Shown here: piece by piece, positions 22,090 to 31,363 of the stretch | How positions within the stretch are numbered: position 1 is the first letter of the stretch | How the letters are laid out: every line of letters begins with the position of its first letter | Origin: an uncultured virus (IMG/VR IMGVR_UViG_3300046691_000407) | Lineage: Duplodnaviria > Heunggongvirae > Uroviricota > Caudoviricetes | IMG/VR virus record: IMGVR_UViG_3300046691_000407 | Reading direction: 5' to 3' (one strand) | Length of the DNA: 64,000 bases | Made by a program: the position numbers and the translations under genes | The notes under the pieces: model-generated | Databases searched by the model: none | Told to the model about the DNA's origin: nothing | Seen by the model: the letters and a program-made list of their open reading frames with translations, nothing else

Positions 22090-22797
22090 ATGAGCAGGCT
22101 CACTGAATTCTTCAACACTCCACAGGGTGCGGCAGCCGGCCGGGCGATCGCGAAGGTTTTCAGCGGCGCTGCCGTCGTCGCCGCGATGTCCGCAGCCCTG
22201 CCCGCCTCCTCTGCAAGCGCCTTTCCACTGTCCGCGGCCGTCAGGACCCCGCAGTATTCGGCACCGGAGGTGAACTATCAGGATGTCATGGCCTTCGATC
22301 TCAAGCTCCAGCCGCTGAAGGAGCAGAAGCAAGCCTACGAGGAGATGATCATCGGATACGGCGACCTCCTCCAGCAGCTCAGGGATTCGACCTACGAACA
22401 GGGTGAGATATCGCCGAGGGAGCAGATCGAGATCTATCGCGAGGCGATCGTCGGCTGGGTCGATGACACCCGGCAGGCCCTGCGCGACGCGGAGAAGGAA
22501 GAGGAGGAGACGAACATCGTCGACGCTTCAGCCACCGTGAAGATGAAGCACGGAAGCGACGCGCGCGTATTCCAGGAGGCTTATCGGAAGGTTGCCGAGC
22601 GCAATGTGGAGCTTCGGGAGTCCATCGAACGCATGACCGCGAGTCTCACCGTCATCACGATCTACGGCGAGGCCGGGGTCGACGAGGTCGAGGAGGCGTT
22701 CAAGTCGTACAAGGACTTCGAGCGGGAGCTGGTCACCCTGAAGGTCGCGGAACCAGAGGATGCCGGAGAGGAGCTGGTCTCCTCCCCCAATCCCTGA
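22090..22797 (+). CDS. helical hypothetical protein with signal-like Ala-rich segment
   Basis: GGAGG RBS; hydrophobic Ala-rich stretch ending ASA-F. Confidence 0.65.
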   Translation: MSRLTEFFNTPQGAAAGRAIAKVFSGAAVVAAMSAALPASSASAFPLSAAVRTPQYSAPEVNYQDVMAFDLKLQPLKEQKQAYEEMIIGYGDLLQQLRDSTYEQGEISPREQIEIYREAIVGWVDDTRQALRDAEKEEEETNIVDASATVKMKHGSDARVFQEAYRKVAERNVELRESIERMTASLTVITIYGEAGVDEVEEAFKSYKDFERELVTLKVAEPEDAGEELVSSPNP

Positions 22798-22806
22798 CGG
22801 GTCGCC

Positions 22807-23232
22807 TCAGGCAGCCAGAGCTTCGTATGGCGACATCGGGTCGATGATGTGGAGGTCGATCGCGTCCTCCTTGCAGTAGACCGGATGGCTGTAGCCGGGG
22901 AAGTGCAGGATGCGGTATCTGGCGACCTCGATCTCCTCGAGTTCGAAACCGCGTCCGATTAGTTCGACCATGTCGTTCCGACTGAACCAGAAGCCGAGAT
23001 CCCTCAGGCATTCGGCGGTGCTGATCCATCTGCGGCCGTCGGCGCGGAACACCGGATGCGGCCCCATCGGCAGGGCCGCGGCGTTGCCTTCCGCCAGCGA
23101 ATGGATGATCCCGGTCTCCCGGCCCTCGTCGTCGTACCATAGCCCCTGCCGGCCGTCGCGGCGGCCAACCCTGTAGAGGCGGGACGGGCGTTCAACGAGT
23201 TCGATCCTTACATCGAGTATGTCGCTGTCCAT
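22807..23232 (-). CDS. phage-type hypothetical protein
   Basis: LYRV...QGLWY...LPM; directly downstream of NadM-NUDIX; GAGG RBS. Confidence 0.62.
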   Translation of the reverse strand: MDSDILDVRIELVERPSRLYRVGRRDGRQGLWYDDEGRETGIIHSLAEGNAAALPMGPHPVFRADGRRWISTAECLRDLGFWFSRNDMVELIGRGFELEEIEVARYRILHFPGYSHPVYCKEDAIDLHIIDPMSPYEALAA

Positions 23233-23242
23233 GTTCGTGACC

Positions 23243-24322
23243 TCAGGCGTGGATGTGCGGCAGGAAGGTCCGCAGGATGGCATAGTGGTCGAGGAATGCG
23301 GTCTCGTGACCCCATTCCGGGATGTTCTTCCACTTGACCTCGCGGGCATCGCTCTTCGGCTGAATGGCGAGCTCGTGGATCGGGAAGTCATCCGGCAGCG
23401 CGTAGTGGTATGCGTGCGAGAAGTAGTGCCCGCGCGGATCGCGATGAGTCGCGCCGAACTGGTCGTACGTCCGGAAATGACGCTGCATCTCCTCCTTGAA
23501 GCCGGGATTGAGGTCCAGGATCTGGGTTTCCTCGTTAAGCTCGCGGAAGCCGCATTCGCGCAGCGTCTCGCCGTATTCGTGCATGCCGCCGGGGAATGCC
23601 TCGGTTCCGTAACCCACTCCGCCGTCGCGGGTGACGAGCAGAACTTTTTCGCCAGAGGTGATGACAGTGTCGGCCGCGTGGAACGGGCCGAGTCCATAAT
23701 CCTTGATGTTCCGGTCGATCGCCTCGCGTTCCTTGACGACGTAGACGAACTCGTCCGTGTGCATGAAGCCGCGCAGGTATTCGATGACCCTCGGGCTGAG
23801 GCCGAATTCCGACGTCTGCGGGACGCGCTGGAAGTAGGCTTCGCGGATGTGGCAGGCGCTCAGCAGTGCGAACTGCTTGCCGACCTGGATCGAATCCCAT
23901 TCCGGGAAGCGCTTCAGGTAGTAGCTCGACGAATCCTTGCCGAATCCTGCGAGGGAGATCTTGTAGTCGCTGTGGTCATGGTGCGCCTTGCCCTCGGTGG
24001 CGAGATGCTCGGCGATTGCGTCGTTGACGACCTTCTTCGTGTTGGCGATCCAGCCCTCCTCGTCGTAGACGTAGTCAGGCAGCGGCTTGATGATCATGCG
24101 CTTTTCAGTGATTTCGTGCTTGTAGAGCAACGCCAGGATTTCGGCGACTTCTGGGAAGCTGAAGGCCGAATTCTTGAAGCTGCGTGCGCGGTTGGCGGAT
24201 CCGACGAGAACGATCAGGCACTTGGCGCGCTTCAAGGCCTCGTTGATGATGAACTCGTGGGCGCGGGTCGGCGGACGCATGCGGCCGATGAATACTGCGA
24301 AGTCAGTCTCGTAGGTGGTCAT
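23243..24322 (-). CDS. nadM: bifunctional NMN adenylyltransferase / NUDIX (ADP-ribose) hydrolase, NadM-NUDIX
   Basis: VFIGRMRPPTRAH ((H/T)xxH variant), VGSAN, KDSSSYYLKRFPEW, Nudix box GG-x4-GE-x7-RELNEET, RDPRG. Confidence 0.88.
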   Translation of the reverse strand: MTTYETDFAVFIGRMRPPTRAHEFIINEALKRAKCLIVLVGSANRARSFKNSAFSFPEVAEILALLYKHEITEKRMIIKPLPDYVYDEEGWIANTKKVVNDAIAEHLATEGKAHHDHSDYKISLAGFGKDSSSYYLKRFPEWDSIQVGKQFALLSACHIREAYFQRVPQTSEFGLSPRVIEYLRGFMHTDEFVYVVKEREAIDRNIKDYGLGPFHAADTVITSGEKVLLVTRDGGVGYGTEAFPGGMHEYGETLRECGFRELNEETQILDLNPGFKEEMQRHFRTYDQFGATHRDPRGHYFSHAYHYALPDDFPIHELAIQPKSDAREVKWKNIPEWGHETAFLDHYAILRTFLPHIHA

Positions 24323-24398
24323 TTCTTTGGCTTTCTCTTTCCGGGAAGGATTCGTCTTCCCTTCTTGAGATTAGCCTAGACCCGTGGGCACTAATTCG

Positions 24399-24420
24399 CA
24401 ATATGCAAATTTGCATTTTG
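24399..24420. promoter_or_regulatory. AT-rich palindromic operator candidate upstream of NadM-NUDIX
   Basis: Perfect ATGCAAATTTGCAT (24403-24416), extendable to 22 bp with one mismatched pair. Confidence 0.5.
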
Positions 24421-24480
24421 ACAATTAATTTACAGCACCTCAGAAGTGAATTTTTTGTGGAACGGAAGCCATAATACACA

Positions 24481-24511
24481 AAAAGCCTCCGATGTTTCCA
24501 TCGAGGCTTTT
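24481..24511. terminator. bidirectional terminator-like hairpin
   Basis: AAAAGCCTC-c-GATG-tttc-CATC-GAGGCTTTT. Confidence 0.65.
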
Positions 24512-24642
24512 GGGCGACCGCAAAGGCGATCTCGTGGGCCAGACCCGCCGATATAACTATCGCAGTGTTGAAAAAGTTGCAACACCTTTACCGAAGCCGC
24601 GAACGTGTGGACTGCGGGGATTTACCAGACTGCGACAGCGCT

Positions 24643-25056
24643 TCAGGGCTGGACGGCGGGGCTGCGTTCCTCATCTTCGCGATCCCATTGCGCGGCGTCA
24701 TAGCGGGCATGACGATCTCCGCTCAGGTCAGGTCTGCCCAATCTGTCGGAGAGTGCTTCGGAAGCGCGTTCCAGTTCCATGTAGAGCGGCAGTTCCGGCA
24801 CGTCGCCTTCGCTGCACTGGTAGATCAGGCAGTTCGTTGATTTAAGCACCTGGAAAGCATCGCTCGAGGGCTTCGGATCGGCATAGCCGGCGATGGTGTC
24901 CGCGAATTTCTCAGGAGAAGTTCCGTATCGGTGCTCAAGCGCCAGAGCGTTGAGGCGCCACAGGTCGCGGGCGAGGTCGTCACGGGTGATGCCGCATTCC
25001 TTCATGCACTGCACCGCGTCGGCAATTGTCTTGTCTGTTACGAAAAATGCGCTCAT
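24643..25056 (-). CDS. mobile-element hypothetical protein
   Basis: MSAF...LWRLN...RY...CLIYQCSE pattern; GGAGA RBS. Confidence 0.65.
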   Translation of the reverse strand: MSAFFVTDKTIADAVQCMKECGITRDDLARDLWRLNALALEHRYGTSPEKFADTIAGYADPKPSSDAFQVLKSTNCLIYQCSEGDVPELPLYMELERASEALSDRLGRPDLSGDRHARYDAAQWDREDEERSPAVQP

Positions 25057-25155
25057 GTCGTCTCTCCGCTTCTGTTTTCGAAAGGCATCCGGATTGGTGG
25101 TTGGGTGAAATTGCCTGGCGCAAGCCTACTGAGCTTCCGCCAGCATGGTCAAACG

Positions 25156-26571
25156 TCAGTCTCCCGTGCGGGACAGGTGGTCGGCCGTATGGGACAGGGA
25201 GAGCGCGGCCACATATTCCTGAGGATCTATGCTCTCCTCGTCGTGCAGGCTGCGGGAGCCGATCTCGTGGCGCTGCACGCTCATGCCCCAGGCGTCGGCG
25301 AGATCCCCGGACCTGAGCGTCCTCAGAGCCTCCAGATCCCCCTCGATCATCAGGCGGGCATAGGGCAGGAAGCCTGTGCGCAGAGCCGCCTCGCCCAGCT
25401 CCAGGGTTCCGGTGGCGAGGTCGTAGGAATAGGCCAGCCCCTGCTCCGGGCGGCCCTGCATGATCGCTGCGACAAGCTCGTCCTCGTTCGGCCGCTTCTG
25501 CTGCTCCGAGGTGTATTCGACCAGCATCTGGAAGGCGTGCCCGTCCGCGGGGTCATCGAGTTCCACTTCCGCCCATTCCTCGAAATCGTGATACCAGGAC
25601 TGCGCCACGTAGGCGTCGATCGATGCGTATCCGTCAGCTCCGCGGTTCAGGACGAGGACGAACGCGTTCTGCTCGTTGAGGTCGATGTTGTCGTGGACGA
25701 TCACGTCCTTGTCTTCGGCCGAGACCGCGTAGACATGTCTGTCGGTGTCGCCGTATGCGAACACGGTTCCGTTGCCGAGCCGGAGATCCGTCGACAGGGA
25801 GACGATCTCTCCGATCTCTGGAAGCTGTGCCACGATGTCCGTCTCGAAGGCCAGCGCCGCAGCGGATGCGAACATCGGCAGGAGTTGGCCTTCGCGGGCG
25901 AGATGGAGGTGCTCGCGAGCATCGAAGTCGATCCGTCCGGCGAACGAGATGTCGAGGGTTGCGGCGAGTCTCTCGAGGAGATCGATGCGCTGGCAGGAAG
26001 GGGCTGCATATCCCTTTCCTGTGCCGTATCCCTCGTCCCTGCCGAGGAACGCAATCAGCTTGACGCGTCCGACAATGCCGCCATTCTGGTCGTCGGCGCC
26101 TGCGTACGGGTGGCCGCTGCGGGCAAATTCCGCCGCAAGGGGCAGCATTTCGCGGAGCGTCGCTCCGGACCTCAGCATCGCGTCGCGCTTCTCAAGAATG
26201 GCCGGATCAAGGCGGCCATGAACGGGTTCGATCTCGATGTCGGTGATCCGCATGTCATCCTTGGTGGCTTCCTTCCATCTGATGACAGCCCCCTCGCCGT
26301 TGTCGAACATGATCTTCAGGCTGCCGCCGTCCTCGTTGTTGTATGCGGTGAAAACGGCCTCCCCCTCTCTCGAGGGTCCGTCGGACAGACGCCTGTCGTG
26401 ATGGCTTGTGATTGCCGGCATCGCCGCCGTGACGACTGCGCTGAGGGCATTCCGGTAGAATTCGGAAAAGAACGACGAGGAGACGTAGGCAATCTGGTCG
26501 GCTCCATAGCCTGCCGCGGCCGCAAGGTCGCGCTTGAGGAATTCCAGGGCTGCCGCGCTCGTGTCTGACAT
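25156..26571 (-). CDS. hypothetical protein
   Basis: Acidic 471-aa ORF from MSDTS with GGGAGA RBS. Confidence 0.62.
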   Translation of the reverse strand: MSDTSAAALEFLKRDLAAAAGYGADQIAYVSSSFFSEFYRNALSAVVTAAMPAITSHHDRRLSDGPSREGEAVFTAYNNEDGGSLKIMFDNGEGAVIRWKEATKDDMRITDIEIEPVHGRLDPAILEKRDAMLRSGATLREMLPLAAEFARSGHPYAGADDQNGGIVGRVKLIAFLGRDEGYGTGKGYAAPSCQRIDLLERLAATLDISFAGRIDFDAREHLHLAREGQLLPMFASAAALAFETDIVAQLPEIGEIVSLSTDLRLGNGTVFAYGDTDRHVYAVSAEDKDVIVHDNIDLNEQNAFVLVLNRGADGYASIDAYVAQSWYHDFEEWAEVELDDPADGHAFQMLVEYTSEQQKRPNEDELVAAIMQGRPEQGLAYSYDLATGTLELGEAALRTGFLPYARLMIEGDLEALRTLRSGDLADAWGMSVQRHEIGSRSLHDEESIDPQEYVAALSLSHTADHLSRTGD

Positions 26572-26686
26572 TATCTTCTCCCGTTTGTCCGTTGCCCAAG
26601 TCTGGCCTTTGGCGCCGCAATCTCCAAGCCTCGGCGTTGCGCCTTGCGGCTGGCTGGCGGAACAATGGCTGCAAAGGAGCCTGCTC

Positions 26687-27316
26687 ATGGTTGATTTCTC
26701 GAAATTCCTATCCCCGGAAGCCATTGCGCGCGGCAACGCGGAGCGCGAGGAGCTCATCAGGATGTGGCGGCTGTCCGACCGCTTTCTGGCCGCCGATCTC
26801 CTGCGCAAGGTCCGCGAGGCGCGGTTCATGTACCCGAAGGTGTTCGACCTCGACCCCAACGGCTGGTCGACATACGAGAAGAGCTTTGTCTGGGATTTGG
26901 TCCCCGAGATCGCAGCCCGGCTTGGAGAGACGGCCTTCCAGCCGAACGAGCGGAAGGCGGAGGTGCGGGCCTGCAGCGACATCGAGCTGCGGGACTGGGT
27001 CGGTCTGAGCCTCAATCACATGGGCATGATCAGGGAGGCGTGGATCGAGAAGTATCCGATCCTTAATCCATGGCTGATGCTCACCCACAGCGTCCCGAAC
27101 GGAAATCCGGTTCTGTTCGCGATGGACAGGGTATCTCCGCCCACGCAGGAAAGTCAGGACTGGGGTGCGAAGCATGTTCGTGAGATCGCCCGCAATCGGG
27201 GATTCGGGGACGTGTCGGCGTGGTCGCCGATGCTGCAGAACTTTAACATCTTCCCCGCCCTAGAGGACGGGGATTTCCAAGAGCCCCTATGCGGCTCTCT
27301 TCAGTTCTCGCCTTGA
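26687..27316 (+). CDS. hypothetical protein whose 3' end is supplied by the IS right end
   Basis: AAGGAG RBS; last ~24 codons read through the IS right-end hairpin; probable original tail lies at 28589-28627. Confidence 0.6.
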   Translation: MVDFSKFLSPEAIARGNAEREELIRMWRLSDRFLAADLLRKVREARFMYPKVFDLDPNGWSTYEKSFVWDLVPEIAARLGETAFQPNERKAEVRACSDIELRDWVGLSLNHMGMIREAWIEKYPILNPWLMLTHSVPNGNPVLFAMDRVSPPTQESQDWGAKHVREIARNRGFGDVSAWSPMLQNFNIFPALEDGDFQEPLCGSLQFSP

Positions 27317-27400
27317 GAGCGAAGGCCGTGTTCCGGCCCGTAGGATATTCACCGCCGCGTTGATGTCGGCGTGGTCTGCGTGTCCGCACGAGAGACAGAG
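27223..27400 (-). ncRNA. TnpB omega/reRNA candidate (scaffold plus flanking guide)
   Basis: Inferred from known TnpB biology: scaffold overlaps the tnpB 3' end and right end; guide would be about AGTTCTGCAGCATCGGCGAC (27242-27223); 5' limit not visible. Confidence 0.5.
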
Positions 27401-28589
27401 GAATTTCGCTTGGTTTTCGCGGTTTCCCTTGTCCTTCGACCCGCATTTCTGGCAGGTTACGGATGTGTGTCTCGGATCGACCTTCACGACCTCGCCGCCG
27501 ACGAAGTCGAGTTTGTAGGTCAGGAACGTATCGTACTGGAACCATGCCGCTCCGGCGATAGAGCGGTTCAGCCCTCGCTTCTGGGCAACGTTCTTCCCCG
27601 GCTCCTCCACGGTGCCCGCGGCCGAGGTCATCATGTTGGTGACCTTGAGGTTCTCCAGTACGGCCGTTTTGAAGCGGCGTGAGATGCCGGTTGTTGAGAC
27701 ATGCTGCCAGTGCTTGCGCTTCCGCGCCACCTTGGCGGCAACGCTGGCAGCATGTCGCTTTGCCTTGGCCTGTCTCTTCGACCGCTTCTGGCGCCGCGCC
27801 GCCACGCGTTGCCACTGAGCGTGCTTCCTTTCGAGATCCGCACACGACGGCATCGAGGACAGCTCGCCCGTCGACAGGGCGACACTGTTGACGATGCCGC
27901 GGTCGATGCCGACCGCTGGATTGTCATTGGCGGGTGTCTCGTGCTCGAACGAACAGGCGAAGACGATGTGCCAGCCGTTTGCCTCGCGGGTGACAGTGAC
28001 GTTGCCGATATCACCGCGAATCGGCCGGGTGTATCGGAACTTGATATCTCCGATCTTCGGTAGGCGCACTCGTGCCCACTTGGCGTTCAGAACTTCGATC
28101 CGGCCGACACGGCTAGCCGGGATGCGGAAAGCGTCGTTGACGAACTTGCGGCGCGGGGTCGGATATCCTGCGCGACCTTTGAAGAACTGGAAGGCGTGGT
28201 TCAGATCGCGCAGTGCCTGCTGCTGTGCGTCGATTGGGCAGTCGGCGACCCATGCCACCTCCGAGCGGATCATCGTCAGTTCGCGGGCCTGAGAGGGAAA
28301 GGAGATATGCCTGCCTTCGGCGCGTTTGAACTGACGCCAAAACGAGGATCGCTGCTCCAGCGCGAGGTTGTAGACCAGCCTGGTGACCCCGCAGCATCGA
28401 GTGAAGAAGGATTCGGCCTCCTCGTCTGCATAGATTCGATACTTGTACGCCCGATTCGTCATGCGATCGATGTTATTGAATTATCACGGGAATTTTAAGG
28501 TGGTGCATGTCTCGCGCAAAAGCGCTTCCGCCCCGTCTTGAAGGATGTGGCTTCCGCCGGGAACGCCGACGAGAAGGGGCGCGCAACAT
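27243..28589 (-). mobile_element. IS200/IS605-family tnpB-only (IS1341-like) element
   Basis: Right-end hairpin TCCCCGTCCTCTAGGGCGGGGA followed by AGATGTTAA; related left-end hairpin GAAGCCACATCCTTCAAGACGGGGCGGAAG near 28525-28554; no tnpA; ends approximate. Confidence 0.75.
27287..28462 (-). CDS. tnpB: RNA-guided endonuclease TnpB
   Basis: AYKYRIY N-terminus, RuvC-I GIDRG, RuvC-II LENL, Zn ribbon CQKC/CLSC, RuvC-III ADINAA; catalytic D-E-D intact. Confidence 0.93.
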   Translation of the reverse strand: MTNRAYKYRIYADEEAESFFTRCCGVTRLVYNLALEQRSSFWRQFKRAEGRHISFPSQARELTMIRSEVAWVADCPIDAQQQALRDLNHAFQFFKGRAGYPTPRRKFVNDAFRIPASRVGRIEVLNAKWARVRLPKIGDIKFRYTRPIRGDIGNVTVTREANGWHIVFACSFEHETPANDNPAVGIDRGIVNSVALSTGELSSMPSCADLERKHAQWQRVAARRQKRSKRQAKAKRHAASVAAKVARKRKHWQHVSTTGISRRFKTAVLENLKVTNMMTSAAGTVEEPGKNVAQKRGLNRSIAGAAWFQYDTFLTYKLDFVGGEVVKVDPRHTSVTCQKCGSKDKGNRENQAKFLCLSCGHADHADINAAVNILRAGTRPSLSRRELKRAA

Positions 28590-28631
28590 GGATGCCGGAC
28601 GAACCCGCCGCGACCCTTGCACGCTAGTGGC

Positions 28632-28653
28632 GGCAGGGGTAACTACCCCTGCC
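28632..28653. terminator. hairpin between convergent genes
   Basis: GGCAGGGGTA/TACCCCTGCC inverted repeat. Confidence 0.6.
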
Positions 28654-28661
28654 CGTCCATC

Positions 28662-29375
28662 TCAGGCCGCCTGGCGCTGTGCGGCGTTGCGGCGGGCGAT
28701 TTCCATGAGCTGCTCGACCGTCATGCCCAGAGCGGCGGATGCGATGCCGTAGTGAGCTACGCGCATGTCGCCCGTCTGGAACGCAATGCCATCGGTGCCC
28801 ATGGAGCGGTCGAAGCCTCGGAACGCCTTGTTGTCATCGATCAGCATGTGCAGGCTGTAGAAGACCTGCGAGAAGTCCTTGTTCTTGATCTGATAGATGC
28901 CGCCCTTTCCGGACGTGTTGATCTCGGCGTCGAAGTTCCCGATGAAGAACTGCTGCACCTGGTTCAGGCCATCCCTGTTGCGGCCGCCCCAGACCTCGCC
29001 GAGCTTGCACGATCCGAGCCACGGAGCGATCTCCTTGGTTATGAGCGAGGCGTGCAGATGCTTCTTCATCTTGTGGTTCGACGGCAGCTTTCCGGCGAAC
29101 ATGGCGAAGTTCTCGTCGCCGAGAATGCCAAGATTCGAGAGCGTGATGGATCCGATCTCGGCCGCCGCCATCCGGGCGATGTCGATCGGACGGAGCCTGG
29201 GCTTGGCGATGCGGTCGCCCGCCTGATTTTCTTCGCCGAAGAACCACTTGGAGTACTTGGTGGACCCGGCGGCCTTGTCCTGCGCTTCTGCCGCGCGAAG
29301 GCGCGCCTGTGCCGCGATGTCGGTGACATTTGCGCCGAAGCGCTTGTTGTAGTCGAGGTTCGATGCCGCTGTCAT
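28662..29375 (-). CDS. hypothetical protein, tandem paralog 1
   Basis: Shares NFDA, DG-x-x-FQT-x-D and IAS-x3-GM-x2-EQLMEI with the next gene. Confidence 0.72.
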   Translation of the reverse strand: MTAASNLDYNKRFGANVTDIAAQARLRAAEAQDKAAGSTKYSKWFFGEENQAGDRIAKPRLRPIDIARMAAAEIGSITLSNLGILGDENFAMFAGKLPSNHKMKKHLHASLITKEIAPWLGSCKLGEVWGGRNRDGLNQVQQFFIGNFDAEINTSGKGGIYQIKNKDFSQVFYSLHMLIDDNKAFRGFDRSMGTDGIAFQTGDMRVAHYGIASAALGMTVEQLMEIARRNAAQRQAA

Positions 29376-29435
29376 TGTCGTGCTCTCGGTTTGCTGTCTT
29401 CTGTCGGTTGGAGCTGGTTCTGTTTCGCGGTCCGG

Positions 29436-30110
29436 CTACCCGGTCCTGCTGCGCTTGACGCTATTGTTGTCCGTCCGGTCGATCTCCATGAGCTGTTCGA
29501 TGGACATGCCCGTGCTGATCGACGCGATGGCGTAGATGGCCTTTCCCAGATCCTTCGTCTGGAAGTACTTGCCGTCGATGCCGCGGTCGTGGTCGAACCG
29601 CTTGCGCCGTCCAGCCTTGTCGATGACGACGCCGACACCGAAGAACATGCCGCCCTTCCGGTCTGTCGGCGTGTAGAAGGCGCGCGTCGTCGTGCTGAGT
29701 TGCGCGTCGAAGTTCGTGACGTAGAACTCCGCCGCCTGGAATTCGTCGTAGTGGCGGCCGAGGATGACCCGCCCGACGCGGCATACGCCGTGGGTGGGGT
29801 TGTGGTCGAGGGCCTTCGCCTCGATGGCCTTGCGCAGACGGCTGCCTTCCGGCATCCGGGTCGACACGGCTGAATAGGTCTGGATGCCCGCCTTCTCCAT
29901 GATGGTGCGGGTGAGTTCACGGGTCGCCTCGTTGAGGTCGACGACCTTCGGCTCTTCCCGCGGACGAATCACGGCGGGCGAGGATATTCGCTGGCCGTCG
30001 AACCAGTCGACATACTTCGGCTGCACGGATTCAAGGGCCGTCGAAGGACCGGATCGGTTTCGAAGTTCCTTTATCGAGGCTTCGAGTCCTCGGTTCATGC
30101 TCTCACTCAT
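29436..30110 (-). CDS. hypothetical protein, tandem paralog 2
   Basis: GGAGG RBS; paralogous to 28662..29375. Confidence 0.72.
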   Translation of the reverse strand: MSESMNRGLEASIKELRNRSGPSTALESVQPKYVDWFDGQRISSPAVIRPREEPKVVDLNEATRELTRTIMEKAGIQTYSAVSTRMPEGSRLRKAIEAKALDHNPTHGVCRVGRVILGRHYDEFQAAEFYVTNFDAQLSTTTRAFYTPTDRKGGMFFGVGVVIDKAGRRKRFDHDRGIDGKYFQTKDLGKAIYAIASISTGMSIEQLMEIDRTDNNSVKRSRTG

Positions 30111-30297
30111 TCTGGCGCCCTCCTGGGCAAAGGGCGGTTTCACCCTTGTCAACAATTAGATAAACAGCAGTTCTTCCTGGATCGATAACGAAAAAGATAA
30201 AATTTTATGGAATTGCAGGATTTCATCCGAACTGAAGCGCCCGCGCCGAGGATTCGATCGGGGATATCGGAGAAATTGTCAACATTTGTGGCGGAGG

Positions 30298-31362
30298 TCA
30301 GCGGCAGGAGTCGGAGAAGACCGCGAAGACGTTGTCGTTGAAGGCCCGCTGCCGATTGTCCCTGCAGAGCTCCCAGAGGAGGTCGACGCGCGTGTACGGG
30401 AGGAAGCGGGGTGAAATGGGGGAGAACTGCGGCGATGCCGCCTTGGCGCTGGCCTCCGCCGCCTTGCTGTCGTCGGCGCAGATGATGAAGCTGGTGCCGC
30501 CCTGCCCTCCGTTCGCATAGACTCCGCCCATGTTGTGCCGGAAGGTGTTCATTCGCGTGAGGCCGGGGAGAATGCCCGTGGAGTGTTCGATCTCGATGAT
30601 GGCCGGAATGAATCCGTCGTCCCGGACGAACATCACATCGAGATGCCGCGCGGCCTTCTGCGCATTTGGGTATGCCTGGAGGATCGGTATCCTGGAAAGG
30701 TGCTGGATCGCCGACGGGTGGCTGGAGAGCTTTCGTCGTCCGAGCTTGATGTTGTGGTCGTTCTCGGCGATCCACACGGACCAGTTCATCGCCGCGCCGA
30801 TCTCGAAGAGCTTCACCTGGAGCTGCTGGTGCGTCCGCAGGGTGGCGAAGTTGCTCGCCGGATGGCTCTGGCTGGTCAGGGTGAAGCTCTGATCGGCAGC
30901 AGTCATCACCCCGAGAATGTTCTTGGCCTCTGCGATGACGCCCACGCGATGGGGTTCGTCCGGATTCCAATAGAGGTGCTTTCGCCGCTCGGCGACGCCG
31001 TTTAGGTGCTTTCCAGGGTAACAGACGAAGAACTCGGCAGCATGGGCCAGAATCGCCTCCAGCACCGATCGGTTGTTGCCCGTCCCGTTGAGGATGGCAT
31101 CGATGCTGAACGCTTTGTGGCGCTCGATCTGGGCCGCAACGCGCCTGATGATGTCCTCGGATATGGTCTCGAGCTTGCACGTGCGCGCGTGCTTGCCTTT
31201 CGGCCTGCGGGTATAGGTGATCGGCCCGTAGGGCATCGTCACGCTCCGCACGATGATCTCGGTGTCGTTTGCAGGATTGACGTAGCGGAGGCCCTCGTCG
31301 CGCGGAACCGTGGCGAGATGCCGGACGAGTTCCGTCACGCCGATCGTGTCATGCGAAGCCAT
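30298..31362 (-). CDS. type II restriction endonuclease-like nuclease (NmeDI-like, from recollection)
   Basis: YVNP, RSVLEAILAH, CYPG, KHLYWNPDEPH, catalytic-type LDVMF...EIEHSTG...GLTRM. Confidence 0.65.
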   Translation of the reverse strand: MASHDTIGVTELVRHLATVPRDEGLRYVNPANDTEIIVRSVTMPYGPITYTRRPKGKHARTCKLETISEDIIRRVAAQIERHKAFSIDAILNGTGNNRSVLEAILAHAAEFFVCYPGKHLNGVAERRKHLYWNPDEPHRVGVIAEAKNILGVMTAADQSFTLTSQSHPASNFATLRTHQQLQVKLFEIGAAMNWSVWIAENDHNIKLGRRKLSSHPSAIQHLSRIPILQAYPNAQKAARHLDVMFVRDDGFIPAIIEIEHSTGILPGLTRMNTFRHNMGGVYANGGQGGTSFIICADDSKAAEASAKAASPQFSPISPRFLPYTRVDLLWELCRDNRQRAFNDNVFAVFSDSCR

Positions 31363-31363
31363 G

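Noticed and set aside
24399..24420. NrtR operator for the NAD gene
   Set aside because: The palindrome lacks the GT-N7-AC core I associate with NrtR, and no nrtR gene is present; kept only as a generic operator candidate.
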